Shown here: positions 49,120 to 59,200 of the stretch, one piece after another
Layout: each line of letters starts with the position of its first letter
Position numbering within the stretch: position 1 is the stretch's first letter
From: an uncultured Akkermansia sp.
Lineage (GTDB): Bacteria; Verrucomicrobiota; Verrucomicrobiia; Verrucomicrobiales; Akkermansiaceae
Assembly (NCBI GenBank): GCA_947632055.1
Contig: CANRNS010000001.1
Coordinates: forward strand, 2,047 to 66,046
Length of the DNA stretch: 64,000 nt
Direction: 5' to 3'
The notes under the pieces: generated by a model
Told to the model about the DNA's origin: nothing
Seen by the model: the letters and a program-made list of their open reading frames with translations, nothing else
Database searches by the model: none
Position numbers and translations under genes: made by a program

Positions 49120-50033
49120 TGCGCTATTTGGCCAGACGCGTGGGGCAGGGGGCGCTGGTGCTTTTTGTGCTTGAGTCGATCACCTTTTTTATGGTGCGCG
49201 CTCTGCCCGGCAATCCCTTTTTAGGCGAGCGCAAATTGCCGGAGCATGTACTCGCTCAGCTTAATTCTTTGTACGGGTTGGATGCCGGTATCTGGGAGCA
49301 ATATGTACGTTATTGGAAAGCCATTGTGCTGCATGGCGACTTCGGACCATCGTTGGTGCGTGAGGGCATCCAGGTGTCGGAGATCATTGGACAGGCTTTT
49401 CCCGTGTCGCTGGCATTGGGTTGCCTGGCTATGCTGCTGGCCATTCTGGCGGGCATACCGGCGGGCATGCTGGCAGCTTATTACCGCAACTCCCGAGTGG
49501 ACAGGTGGTTGATGTTCGCGGCCGTGGTGGGTATCTGCATCCCTTCTTTCGTGTTGGCTCCTGTACTGGGTATCACGCTAGGCGCGCATGTGCCGGGGTT
49601 GAGTGTGGCCGGCTGGGACCACCCGCTGTGCATCTTGCTGCCGGCCGTAGCCCTGGGCGTGGTGAATGCGGCGTATATCGCGCGCCTCACTCGCGCTGGC
49701 ATGGTGGAAACGCTTGCTTCCGATTTTGTACGCACGGCGCGAGCCAAGGGCGCCGGTACAGGGCGGATTTTGTGGGTGCATGCGCTGCGCAGCGGCTTGC
49801 TGCCGGCCGTCTCATATTTAGGCCCGGCTTTTGCGGCGCTGATCACCGGTTCATTCGTGGTTGAATCTTGTTTTCAGGTGCCAGGGTTGGGGTTGCATTT
49901 CGTGAATGCCACCACCGACCGCGATTACTTCCTCATTCAGGGACTGGTATTCTGTTACGGTGTGCTCATTGTGGCGGCGAATCTCGCTGTTGATATTTGC
50001 CAAGCCTGGCTCAACCCGCGCCTTCGTTCATGA
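49116..50033 (+). CDS. oppB: Oligopeptide ABC permease
   Basis: GDFGPS, DFVRTARAKG EAA loop and GSFVVE...PGLG motifs. Confidence 0.92.
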   Translation: MMRYLARRVGQGALVLFVLESITFFMVRALPGNPFLGERKLPEHVLAQLNSLYGLDAGIWEQYVRYWKAIVLHGDFGPSLVREGIQVSEIIGQAFPVSLALGCLAMLLAILAGIPAGMLAAYYRNSRVDRWLMFAAVVGICIPSFVLAPVLGITLGAHVPGLSVAGWDHPLCILLPAVALGVVNAAYIARLTRAGMVETLASDFVRTARAKGAGTGRILWVHALRSGLLPAVSYLGPAFAALITGSFVVESCFQVPGLGLHFVNATTDRDYFLIQGLVFCYGVLIVAANLAVDICQAWLNPRLRS

Positions 50034-50977
50034 AATCCTCTTTCTCCAGTTTGCGTGGTCATTCGCTTCTTCAGGATGCATGGAAACGTCTCTGTTGCAA
50101 CCGCACTGCGGTGTGTTCCATCGTCTTTCTTATACTCATGCTGCTGGCGTGTTTTATCTTGCCGTTGTTCCCTTGCGTGGCCAACCCGAATCTCACCGAT
50201 TTAGAGCATATTGCTGCCGGGAGCAGTTGGCAGCATTGGCTGGGCACGGACCACTTGGGGCGCGATATGCTGGCGCGTGTGCTTTACGGGGGGCGCATTT
50301 CTCTGCTGGTGGGCGTGTTGGCTACGGCGGTAGCCGTGGCGTTGGGAGTGGCGTATGGCATGGTGTCCGGTTATGTGGGGGGGCGCACGGATGCGGTGAT
50401 GATGCGTGCGGCAGATGTGCTTTTTGCTCTTCCTTTCATCGTGGTGGTGGTGGTATTTTCCTTGAGCATTGAAGAGCCTTGCCGCCGGATGACTGATCAT
50501 GCTGTGCAACTCACTGGGTGGAGTCGCGATACCCTGGCGCCTCTCTTTGGGCTCATCCCAATCTTCTTAGCGATAGGCGCTCTTGGTTGGCTTACGCTAG
50601 CTCGCATTGTGCGCACCCAAACGCTCGTCCTCCGCCAGCAGGAGTTTGTGCTCGCTGCCCGCTCACTCGGACTCAGTCATGGCACGATCCTTTTGCGCCA
50701 CATTGCGCCCAATTTGCTCGGCCCCGTCATTGTGTATACTACACTGGCCGTGCCGGGTATCATCCTGACCGAGTCCACGCTTTCCTTTATCGGCCTTGGA
50801 GTGAAGGCGCCTAACTCTTCCTGGGGAACGCTGATCAAAGAGGGAGCAGACCGCATGGAAGTGGCGCCTCAGCTGCTTATTTACCCAGCTGTGTTCTTTT
50901 GCCTTACCCTGCTTGCTCTCAATTTCTTGGGCGATGGCTTGCGTGATGCCTTTGATCCTAAATCCGCCAAAGATTGA
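50030..50977 (+). CDS. oppC: Oligopeptide ABC permease
   Basis: HWLGTDHLGRD, EFVLAARSLG, HIAPN and ESTLSFIGLG motifs. Confidence 0.92.
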   Translation: MKSSFSSLRGHSLLQDAWKRLCCNRTAVCSIVFLILMLLACFILPLFPCVANPNLTDLEHIAAGSSWQHWLGTDHLGRDMLARVLYGGRISLLVGVLATAVAVALGVAYGMVSGYVGGRTDAVMMRAADVLFALPFIVVVVVFSLSIEEPCRRMTDHAVQLTGWSRDTLAPLFGLIPIFLAIGALGWLTLARIVRTQTLVLRQQEFVLAARSLGLSHGTILLRHIAPNLLGPVIVYTTLAVPGIILTESTLSFIGLGVKAPNSSWGTLIKEGADRMEVAPQLLIYPAVFFCLTLLALNFLGDGLRDAFDPKSAKD

Positions 50978-50983
50978 ACTGCG

Positions 50984-51316
50984 TCAGACTTTGCTCAACG
51001 CGCGCACGGCCGTGCACACGCAGCGAGGGCATGGGATGCGCCCGTCTCGCTTCAGCTGCGAGCATTTGTCAGCGCCAAGCGTGCTGTTAAACAGGGCACG
51101 CAGTTCAGCTTCGCGCTCCGGAGCCATGGTGATAGCTGCATAAAGCGCGCCGCACGTGCCCCCGGGCGCCTTGCCGACGTTGCAATGTTGCATGGCGGGC
51201 ACGAGCTCTTCGTGCCCCATGGTGGCGCAGACGGTTTGAGCGCAATTGAGGTGGCGAGGTGGTTGGCGAAAGAGCGAGAGAGCTTTTTGTTCAATGGGAG
51301 TCAGCTGTGAATCCAT
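50984..51316 (-). CDS. C-GCAxxG-C-C family putative redox protein
   Basis: NCAQTV, TCGALYA, DKCSQLK and PCPRCV cysteine pattern. Confidence 0.75.
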   Translation of the reverse strand: MDSQLTPIEQKALSLFRQPPRHLNCAQTVCATMGHEELVPAMQHCNVGKAPGGTCGALYAAITMAPEREAELRALFNSTLGADKCSQLKRDGRIPCPRCVCTAVRALSKV

Positions 51317-52191
51317 AGCGTTTTCAAATAAGTTTCGGGTGAAAAGTCAAAGGGCATGGGAAGTTCCTCAATACGGGCTGCAGGAGGTATCGCTGCACTG
51401 ACCATGTGCAAAAAATCCGCTGGGCTCAGACTCCGGCAGTTGGTGGTGCAGAGGAGGTGTCCACCCGGCGCCAGACATGGCACGGCCAGGCGTACGAGTT
51501 CTGAATAATCCCGCTCTGCGCGCCAAACGTGTCCCTTCGCATCGCGTGAAAAGGTGGGTGGGTCGAGCACGATCATGTTGAATTGCCTCCCTTGTCGGAC
51601 GAAGCGGCTGAGCCAGTGAAGCGCGTCGCCTTTGCAGAAAAAATGCCGTGCGGGGTCAATTCCGTTGGCGCGCATATTTTCCCGACAAACTTCAAGGCAT
51701 GGTCGGGCGAGATCCAGCGTGGTTGCAGTAGCCCCGCCCAGCGCCGCACATACGGAGAAGGCCCCGGTGTAGGCAAAGAGATTCAACACGGTCATGCCCG
51801 GACGGCAGAGCTGACGTAGCCGCGAGCGGTTGTCACGCTGGTCGATGAAGAGCCCTTGCGAGTACCCGCCCCGCATGTTCAGCAGGTAGTGCACCCCGTT
51901 TTCCCTCACAGTAAGCTCCAGAGGCTCCTTCGGCGGGTTCATTGGCTCCGGCGCGCTCTTCTCTCCCTTCGACAGATGCTTGACAAACACATCAGCTCCG
52001 CTTGCAAGCAGCCACTCGTGCAGCTCTCCAGGCATCGCGACATTCCTCAGTGATACCAAAAAACGCCCCCCGAGCGCATCCACGCTCACCCCGGGGAAAA
52101 GTGTTTCCTCCGGCAATACGCGGTAGGCATCCGTGTCAGGTTCCAATGCGGCGCGTCGTTCCGCCAGCAGCTGGTCCAGACGCGCATGCAT
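51301..52191 (-). CDS. SAM-dependent methyltransferase (RlmI/RlmK-like)
   Basis: SQGLFIDQRDNR, VLNLFAYTGAFS, VLDPPTF and YLK motifs. Confidence 0.85.
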   Translation of the reverse strand: MHARLDQLLAERRAALEPDTDAYRVLPEETLFPGVSVDALGGRFLVSLRNVAMPGELHEWLLASGADVFVKHLSKGEKSAPEPMNPPKEPLELTVRENGVHYLLNMRGGYSQGLFIDQRDNRSRLRQLCRPGMTVLNLFAYTGAFSVCAALGGATATTLDLARPCLEVCRENMRANGIDPARHFFCKGDALHWLSRFVRQGRQFNMIVLDPPTFSRDAKGHVWRAERDYSELVRLAVPCLAPGGHLLCTTNCRSLSPADFLHMVSAAIPPAARIEELPMPFDFSPETYLKTLWIHS

Positions 52192-52199
52192 GAAAGGAG

Positions 52200-52610
52200 T
52201 CAGGCAAGTTGTGCCGCTGCGCGGCGGATTGTGTTCGCCATCGTGGTGAGCGCATTCGCCCGCGTAGAGGCCAAATGTTCCTTTAGGCCGGCCGTGTCCA
52301 ATCTGCTCAGGTCGGCTGCCAACACCTCCTGCGGTGTGAGCCCGGAGAGCAGACGCACAAAAATCGCAATCAGGCCCTTTGTGATCAGAGAATCGCTGTC
52401 AGCGTGAATGATAAAGACCCCCTCTGCCATTTCCGTACCCACCCACACCTGACTTTGGCAGCCCTGAATGAGATTTTCCGGTCGACGATACTGCTCCGGC
52501 ATGGGCGCCAAATGACGTCCCAGCGAGATGATGTACTCGTAGCGTTCTTGCCAGTCCTCAAAGACGGACAAGTCCTCCAGCAGCTCTTCGATGCGTTCTG
52601 CGTAGCTCAT
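52200..52610 (-). CDS. sufE: SufE family sulfur-transfer protein
   Basis: WQERYEYII, IQGCQSQVW and ADSDSLITKGL motifs. Confidence 0.92.
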   Translation of the reverse strand: MSYAERIEELLEDLSVFEDWQERYEYIISLGRHLAPMPEQYRRPENLIQGCQSQVWVGTEMAEGVFIIHADSDSLITKGLIAIFVRLLSGLTPQEVLAADLSRLDTAGLKEHLASTRANALTTMANTIRRAAAQLA

Positions 52611-53515
52611 GACTGTGCAAGCGTGTAGAGCACGGCTTTCTGGGCGTGAAGGCGGTTTTCCGCTTCGGTGAAAATAGCTCCGGCGTGCTTTTCTAACACC
52701 TCATCGGTGATCTCGTAGCCGCGATAGGCCGGTAAGCAGTGAAACACGCTGTGTCCCGTCGCCGCATGCGTCAGGAGTTCGCAGTTCACTTGGTAGGGGA
52801 AGAAAGCTTTTTCTTTGGTGCCTTTCTCTGCTTCTTGTCCCATGGATATCCATGTGTCGGTGTTGATGACCGTAGCGCCGTTTACGGCTTCTACTGGATC
52901 CGTCGTGCAGATGATATTCGGATAATCGAGCTGCGCGAGCAGCTCTGCACTCGGCAGGGCTTGCTGTGGTCCGCCCAGCGCCAGCGTGAAGCCCAGCCTT
53001 TTTGCCGCCCACATCCACGAACGTCCCATGTTGTTGTCCGTATCGCCGAGAAAGGCAATTTTCATATCTTTCCATGCTCCTATCCCGTACAGCTCTTCAA
53101 GCGTGAGCAAATCCGCCAGTATTTGGCAAGGGTGCTCCTGGTCGGTGAGGGCATTGATGGTCGGTATGCCGGAAAACGTCGCAAACTCCTGCACGTCGCT
53201 CTGCGCATAGGTGCGAATAATCGCCCCGTGTACCATGCGTCCCAGCACGCGCGCCGTGTCTTTCACCGGTTCGCCGCGCCCGAGCTGCGTGTCGCGTGTG
53301 GAGAGAAACATGGGCTTGCCTCCTAGCTCGTTCACCCCAACCTCAAACGACACGCGCGTGCGAGTCGACGACTTGGAGAAGATGAGCGCCCAGGTTTGTC
53401 CGGCCAGCGGTTGCGTCGTGTGGTGCCCCCGTTCCGCCTTCAGTCGGTGTCCTAGAGTCAGTAGTTGCCTGATTTGTTCGCCGGTGAGTTCTTCGATGGA
53501 TAGCAAGTTTTTCAT
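52607..53515 (-). CDS. argF: Ornithine carbamoyltransferase
   Basis: SSTRTRVSF, HPCQILAD, DTWISMG and HCLPA motifs; start MKNLLS at 53515. Confidence 0.97.
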   Translation of the reverse strand: MKNLLSIEELTGEQIRQLLTLGHRLKAERGHHTTQPLAGQTWALIFSKSSTRTRVSFEVGVNELGGKPMFLSTRDTQLGRGEPVKDTARVLGRMVHGAIIRTYAQSDVQEFATFSGIPTINALTDQEHPCQILADLLTLEELYGIGAWKDMKIAFLGDTDNNMGRSWMWAAKRLGFTLALGGPQQALPSAELLAQLDYPNIICTTDPVEAVNGATVINTDTWISMGQEAEKGTKEKAFFPYQVNCELLTHAATGHSVFHCLPAYRGYEITDEVLEKHAGAIFTEAENRLHAQKAVLYTLAQS

Positions 53516-53537
53516 GAGCTTTCTTCGGAAGCGCCCG

Positions 53538-53631
53538 ATTATACCACGCCCGCTCTTTTTGTAAAGTGCGGGAAACTGCCCTGGCGCAGCTTTTTGCAGC
53601 CTTGACAACCCGGGGAGCTCTGCGGTATAGT
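53538..53631. promoter_or_regulatory. Divergent promoters for argF and dapA
   Basis: Minus strand TTTACA-16-TATAAT (53565-53538); plus strand TTGACA-18-TATAGT (53602-53631). Confidence 0.65.
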
Positions 53632-53643
53632 TGCGGGGAACCT

Positions 53644-54528
53644 ATGAGATATTCAGGCCTTTATACAGCAATCATCACTCCGTTTCGCAACGGGCAGGTA
53701 GACATGCAAGCTTTTCGCGCTCTCATTGAAGCGCAAATTACCGCCGGAGTCACGGGAATTGTCCCGGTCGGCACCACCGGTGAGTCCCCCACTCTCTCGC
53801 ATGTCGAGCACATGGATGTGATCCGCATGGCGATTGAGTACGCCGCTGGACGCTGCCAGGTGATTGCCGGCACGGGATCGAATTCCACCGCCGAGGCTGT
53901 CGCCATGACTAAAGATGCCGCCGCGATGGGGGCGGATGGCACGCTTCAGGTGTGTCCTTATTACAACAAGCCCAGCCAGGAGGGACTCTACCGCCACTTC
54001 AAAGCGGTTGCTGAGTGTTCGTCTTTGCCGGTGTTGCTGTACAGCATTCCCGGGCGCAGCGGCATTGAGATTGCCGTGGAAACCGTGGCGCGTCTTGCGG
54101 CTGATTGTCCCACGGTTGTGGCCATTAAAGAGGCTGGCGGCAGTGTGGATCGCGTGAACCGCCTTGTGCAGGCCCTTCCGGAGGATTTTGCCGTACTCTG
54201 CGGGGATGATGGACTCACGGTTCCTTTCATTTCCTGCGGTGCGGTGGGCTTGGTGTCGGTGACGTCCAATGTCGCGCCGGTGCAGATGAAAGCGCTTGTG
54301 GACGCTGCGCTCAGCGGCGATGGTAAGAAGGCGCTTGCCCTGCAGAAGAAGTACTACCCGCTTATGAAGGGGCTGATGAGTTTGGATGTGAACCCTGTTC
54401 CCATCAAGGCGGCGTTGGCGCTGCGTGGGGATATTTCCTGGGAGTTGCGGCTGCCGCTTGCCCCGCTGGCAGAGGAGAAGAAAGCGGCATTAGTCGAGCT
54501 GATGCGCCGTTTTGATTTACTTGCATAA
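53644..54528 (+). CDS. dapA: 4-hydroxy-tetrahydrodipicolinate synthase
   Basis: GTTGESPTL, PYYNKP, YSIPGRS, IKEA and NPVPIK motifs. Confidence 0.97.
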   Translation: MRYSGLYTAIITPFRNGQVDMQAFRALIEAQITAGVTGIVPVGTTGESPTLSHVEHMDVIRMAIEYAAGRCQVIAGTGSNSTAEAVAMTKDAAAMGADGTLQVCPYYNKPSQEGLYRHFKAVAECSSLPVLLYSIPGRSGIEIAVETVARLAADCPTVVAIKEAGGSVDRVNRLVQALPEDFAVLCGDDGLTVPFISCGAVGLVSVTSNVAPVQMKALVDAALSGDGKKALALQKKYYPLMKGLMSLDVNPVPIKAALALRGDISWELRLPLAPLAEEKKAALVELMRRFDLLA

Positions 54529-54546
54529 CTTTTTCCGATACTTACG

Positions 54547-55278
54547 ATGAATATACTTGTTACGGGTATTTCGGGGCGCATGGGGCAGGCTGTCAAGCAG
54601 GCCGTAGAATTGTGCGCTGAGACGGTGTTGACGGCTACCCACGATGTGGGGCAGGATATCGGTGTTGCCCTTTCTCAGGCTGATCTCGCCATCGACTTTT
54701 CCTTCCACGGATTTACTCCGGAGTTGCTTGCAGCTGCCGTGGCGCAGAAAAAACCGCTCGTCATCGGCACCACGGGGCACACCGATGAAGAGCGTGCCGC
54801 TATTGTTGAGGCCGCCGGAAGCATTCCCATCGTCTTCGCCTCCAACTATTCCGTTGGTGTGAACACGCTATTCTGGCTCACGCGCAAGGCTGTGCGGATC
54901 CTGCGGGATTACGATGTGGAAATTGTCGAGATGCACCATCACCACAAACTGGATGCTCCCAGCGGCACCGCACGCTCTCTTGCAGAGGTCGTGTGCGAGG
55001 AAACCGGTATGGATTACAATAAGGACGTGATGCATGGTCGGGAGGGCATGGTGGGAGCGCGCCCACGCCGCCAAATTGGCATGCATTCGCTGCGCGGCGG
55101 GGATGTAGTGGGCGACCATACCGTGATTTTTGCTACCGAGGGTGAACGCGTGGAACTTGCGCACAAAGCCTCTGGTCGTATGACTTTCGCATCCGGCGCC
55201 GTACGAGCTGCTCTGTGGCTTGCCAATCGACCGTCCGGTCTCTACAGCATGCAAGATGTGCTCGGTTTCACAGATTGA
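54547..55278 (+). CDS. dapB: 4-hydroxy-tetrahydrodipicolinate reductase
   Basis: GISGRMG, IGTTG and EMHHHHKLDAPSGTA motifs. Confidence 0.97.
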   Translation: MNILVTGISGRMGQAVKQAVELCAETVLTATHDVGQDIGVALSQADLAIDFSFHGFTPELLAAAVAQKKPLVIGTTGHTDEERAAIVEAAGSIPIVFASNYSVGVNTLFWLTRKAVRILRDYDVEIVEMHHHHKLDAPSGTARSLAEVVCEETGMDYNKDVMHGREGMVGARPRRQIGMHSLRGGDVVGDHTVIFATEGERVELAHKASGRMTFASGAVRAALWLANRPSGLYSMQDVLGFTD

Positions 55279-55777
55279 TTCTGCCACTGCTCGGCGCACG
55301 GGATTCTCCCTCGGTTCCAACAGCGGCGATCGCTTGGCTCTTCTCGAACGTGCCTGCGATGGACTCGCGCAACTTTTTGGTCATTTGCGGCTTTCCCAGG
55401 TGTATGAGACGGAGCCGGTGGAATGCCCGCCCGGCAGTCCGTTTTTTTTGAATGCCTGTGTGGAGGTGACGACCAAGATACCCCCGGAGGAGATCTTACG
55501 ATCCTGTCAGGAGATAGAGAGAGAGCTTGGGCGCGAGCGTACCGGCGTCTGTGGCGAAGTGCGCACTTGCGATATCGACCTCCTCTATTCCGGCGAATTG
55601 CAAATGCAAACTCCCCAGCTGACTTTGCCTCACCCGCGCGCTGCGCTGCGTCGCTTTGTGCTGCAACCACTCTGCGATATCGATCCCTCCCTCGTGCTTC
55701 CCGGAGAAACTGCCACCGTGCAGCAGCTCCTCGCTCGCTTGCCGGAATCCCCCGCCGTCACTTTGTTCAACTTGTAA
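55256..55777 (+). CDS. folK: 2-amino-4-hydroxy-6-hydroxymethyldihydropteridine diphosphokinase (start uncertain)
   Basis: SLGSNSGDR, YETEP, FLNA, RTCDIDLL and LPHPR...FVLQPL motifs. Confidence 0.92.
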   Translation: MCSVSQIDSATARRTGFSLGSNSGDRLALLERACDGLAQLFGHLRLSQVYETEPVECPPGSPFFLNACVEVTTKIPPEEILRSCQEIERELGRERTGVCGEVRTCDIDLLYSGELQMQTPQLTLPHPRAALRRFVLQPLCDIDPSLVLPGETATVQQLLARLPESPAVTLFNL

Positions 55778-55781
55778 CGCC

Positions 55782-56561
55782 ATGCTTACTGCCGAAGAAA
55801 AAATCTGCGCTATACGAGCCTGTCGAGGTGTGAAACCCATCTCTCAACTCACGGCTTATGACTACCCCACTGCGCGCTTGCTGGATGAAGCAGGTGTGGA
55901 TATGTTGTTGGTAGGCGATTCACTGGGGATGATGGTGTTAGGATTCCCGGATACGACAAGCGTGACCTTGCAGCACATGTTGCACCATACCGCGGCCGTG
56001 GCTCGCGCGCAGACTAAAGCCTTGCTTGTGGCGGATATGCCTATCCATACTTATGACACGCCCGAGCAGGCATTGGAAAGCGCGCGCGCGCTCGTGGAGG
56101 TCGGTGCAGAAGCGGTCAAGCTGGAGGGTGGCTGCGCTGTGGAACCCATGATTCGTGCCATTGTCCAGGCGGGTATCCCTGTGCAGGCGCATATCGGTTT
56201 GCTTCCCCAGCATATCAAGGAAGATGGTGGTTACCGTATGCGCGGCAAATCGGAGAGTGAAGCCCATGCGCTTTCCGACGATTTGCAGGCTGTTACGCGC
56301 GCTGGCGCCTTTTCCGTGGTGATTGAATGTACGCGGGCGGAGGTGGCAGCACAGCTCACGGCAGCGGCTTCTGTCATCACCATCGGCATTGGCGCTGGAC
56401 ACGGCACCTGCGATGGTGAGGTGCAGGTCTTCCACGATCTCGTGCGCTATTTTCCCTGGTTTACTCCGCGCTTCGCCGTGCAGCATGCTGACCTGGCGGA
56501 CAGCATCACCTCCGCGACTCAAAAGTGGATTGCCGGACTCCTTCTGCCCGGGCAGAAATGA
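55782..56561 (+). CDS. panB: 3-methyl-2-oxobutanoate hydroxymethyltransferase
   Basis: LTAYDYP, LLVGDSLG, VKLEGG, HIGLLPQ and IGIGAG motifs. Confidence 0.97.
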   Translation: MLTAEEKICAIRACRGVKPISQLTAYDYPTARLLDEAGVDMLLVGDSLGMMVLGFPDTTSVTLQHMLHHTAAVARAQTKALLVADMPIHTYDTPEQALESARALVEVGAEAVKLEGGCAVEPMIRAIVQAGIPVQAHIGLLPQHIKEDGGYRMRGKSESEAHALSDDLQAVTRAGAFSVVIECTRAEVAAQLTAAASVITIGIGAGHGTCDGEVQVFHDLVRYFPWFTPRFAVQHADLADSITSATQKWIAGLLLPGQK

Positions 56562-56576
56562 CACGGGAACGTTGCC

Positions 56577-57185
56577 CTATCTTTCCAGATCGCCGAGGAG
56601 ACTCTGGAGTTGTTTGTGGGCGTAGAAAATGCGGGAGCGCAGGGTTCCTTCGGAGACGTGGAGTATTTTGGAAATTTCCTGGTAGGAGAGCCCCATGATG
56701 TCGCAAAGAGTGACGACTTCGCGGTGAGAGGGCGAGAGCTGGTCGAGCGCTTTGCGGAGCCTCTTTTTGATGTCGGTGATGTGGGCGCTGCGAATGGGGT
56801 CGGCGTCCAAAGCCTGGTCGGCGAGCTCGCTGTCTTTTTCAAGCGGTGCGCCTTTTTCATCATCATCGATGCTGAAGGCATTTTCGCGTTTGCGTTTGCG
56901 CAGGAAGTTGCGGGCCTGATTGGCGGCGATCGTGTAGAGCCAGGTGTAGAAAGCGCTCTTTTGGTTGAAATAGCGCAGCGAGCGAAAGGCCCTCAGAAAG
57001 GCCTCCTGCGCTACGTCGTATGCATCTGCCTCAGACCCGAGCATCTGCAGCAGCATTGCGTGCAGCTTGCGGCTGTGGCGGTGAATGAGTTCATCAAACG
57101 CGCGCGTTTCCCCGGACAAGGTGATGCGGATGAGCTCCTCATCCGGGAGTTCAGTCCAATCTTGGGGTGTGGCGTTGTCGGGCAT
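56577..57185 (-). CDS. ECF RNA polymerase sigma factor
   Basis: DVAQEAFLRAF, FYTWLYTIAAN and GLSYQEIS...GTLRSRIFYA motifs. Confidence 0.93.
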   Translation of the reverse strand: MPDNATPQDWTELPDEELIRITLSGETRAFDELIHRHSRKLHAMLLQMLGSEADAYDVAQEAFLRAFRSLRYFNQKSAFYTWLYTIAANQARNFLRKRKRENAFSIDDDEKGAPLEKDSELADQALDADPIRSAHITDIKKRLRKALDQLSPSHREVVTLCDIMGLSYQEISKILHVSEGTLRSRIFYAHKQLQSLLGDLER

Positions 57186-57229
57186 GGAAAGCGTAGGGCA
57201 TTGCGGGAAAGTGAAGCCAGGCGTTGGCG

Positions 57230-59149
57230 TCACACGGGCAGGGAGTACGAGCGTCCATCCCGACCTTCATACCAGTTGATGAAAGCGACGTTGGCCGTTG
57301 TGAACCCTCCGGGAGTGGGATAATTGCCGCTGAAGTACCAGTCGCCGCAAGGTCCTTTTATGGCGGAGTGCAACCCCTCGAGCGTCTGGTAGATGATCTG
57401 CACCTCGCAGGGGGAATTATCCGGAGTGACCAGCCGCGAGATTTCATCCGTGATCTCATCGGCGCTGAAGGGTGAATAGATGGATTTGACCGGGTTGCTG
57501 CGTTGCTTCGGCGGCAGTGTGAGTTGGTGACGGCATTCATCGTACACACGAGTGATGTATGCGTAGTCTCCGCGTTTCTTGAGCAGAGAAATAGCCGCCT
57601 GAAATGCGATAAACTTGCCCAATTCACTCATGTCGATGCCGTAGCAATCCGGATATCGAATTTGCGGAGCTGAGGACAGGATAACGATCTTTCGCGCCTT
57701 GGAACGCGCTAAAAGGCGCAGCAGAGATACCCGCAGCGTGGTGCCACGCACGATCGAGTCGTCGATGGCGATGAGCACTTCCTGCTCTCCCACGGCGCCG
57801 TACGTGAGGTCGTACACTTGAGCTGCCATCTGCTTGCGGCTGCTCTCTTCGGAGATGAAAGTGCGCAGTTTGATATCCTTGTGGGCAATTTTTTCAGCGC
57901 GCGGCCAGCGGCGTTGTATCAGCTCGCGGATGAGATCATCGGTGAGCGTGCCCTTGTGGAAATTCTCGATGACGGCGGCGGTAACGCAGTCTCTGCGGTA
58001 GGAGCGCAGGCCTTCTAGCAGGCCGTAGTACGAAACTTCGGCAGTGTTGGGGATGTAAGTGATAGCCGCTTTCGAGAAGTTTTCATCGCCGAGACATTCC
58101 ACAACTTTTTCCGCCAAATTGGCGCCGAGTTGTTTGCGTTCTTGGTAAATGATAGGATCGTTGCCGCGTGAGAAATAGATCGCTTCAAAGGAGCAGGGGG
58201 TTGGTTCCAATGGCGTTGTGTAGGGGGCGATGGTGATTTTCCCATCGCTCTTGACCACTATCATGTTGGCGCGATCCAGCTCGTGGACGTCTTCGCACTC
58301 CACCTCCATGACGCTCATCAACGGCACGCGCTCGCTCGCGATGGCCAGGTACTCTTCAGTGAGCACGTAGTGGCAGGGACGTATACCGTGCGGGTCACGC
58401 AGGCAGAAGAAGTCCCCATTGCCTACCGCCCCCATCACGCAGTACCCCCCGTCCCAGTTTTGGGAGGCCTTGCCGATGATATCATAAAGGTCGAGGCGTT
58501 GGGAGATAACGCTGGGGATTTCTCGGCCCGGGGTGTTGTCGCGCAGCTCGCGGTAAATATCTGTGTGGGCTTCGTCCAGGTAGTAGCCGATTTCTTCCAA
58601 TACGGCCTGCGTATCGGTGTCGAAAATAGGATGTTGACCGCGTTCGATGAGCGTGCGATTGAGCTCATTTGCATTGGTCATGTTGAAATTTCCCAGCAGC
58701 ATGAGTGTGCGCGTGGTCCAGTTGGTGCGGCGCAGAAAGGGGTGGCAGCTCCCTTCGTCAAACTGTCCGCTGGTGCCGTAGCGCAGGTGACCCATCAAGA
58801 TTTCTCCGCCAAAGTTGAAATGCCTTTTGTAGGCTTGCGCATCCTGGGGATCCCACCCGCCGGTTTCACGCAGGGTACGCAGATTGCGCTGCTGAGCGGA
58901 GAAAATGTCTGAAAGGGCGGAAGAGGTGGCGTTGCGCGCGCGAAACACGTACGGCTCCCCAAGTGGCATATTCAGCTTGACGCAGCCTATGCCTGCGCCG
59001 TCCTGCCCGCGGTTGTGCTGCTTTTCCATGAGAAGGAAAAGCTTGTTGAATGCCCATTCCGGCGACCCATACTTATTGGCAAAGTATGAGAGCGGTTTGA
59101 GCAGGCGAATCGCGGCTACGCCGCATTCATGGTGCAGGGGGTCGGACAT
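57230..59149 (-). CDS. purF: Amidophosphoribosyltransferase (long form)
   Basis: HHECGV, QHNRGQDGAG, GHLRYGT, DDSIVRGTT and PDCYGIDM motifs. Confidence 0.95.
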   Translation of the reverse strand: MSDPLHHECGVAAIRLLKPLSYFANKYGSPEWAFNKLFLLMEKQHNRGQDGAGIGCVKLNMPLGEPYVFRARNATSSALSDIFSAQQRNLRTLRETGGWDPQDAQAYKRHFNFGGEILMGHLRYGTSGQFDEGSCHPFLRRTNWTTRTLMLLGNFNMTNANELNRTLIERGQHPIFDTDTQAVLEEIGYYLDEAHTDIYRELRDNTPGREIPSVISQRLDLYDIIGKASQNWDGGYCVMGAVGNGDFFCLRDPHGIRPCHYVLTEEYLAIASERVPLMSVMEVECEDVHELDRANMIVVKSDGKITIAPYTTPLEPTPCSFEAIYFSRGNDPIIYQERKQLGANLAEKVVECLGDENFSKAAITYIPNTAEVSYYGLLEGLRSYRRDCVTAAVIENFHKGTLTDDLIRELIQRRWPRAEKIAHKDIKLRTFISEESSRKQMAAQVYDLTYGAVGEQEVLIAIDDSIVRGTTLRVSLLRLLARSKARKIVILSSAPQIRYPDCYGIDMSELGKFIAFQAAISLLKKRGDYAYITRVYDECRHQLTLPPKQRSNPVKSIYSPFSADEITDEISRLVTPDNSPCEVQIIYQTLEGLHSAIKGPCGDWYFSGNYPTPGGFTTANVAFINWYEGRDGRSYSLPV

Positions 59150-59200
59150 GGCAGGTTGGCAGGGTGAGAGAGGGAGAGTTGGAGTTGGGAAAAGGGCGAG

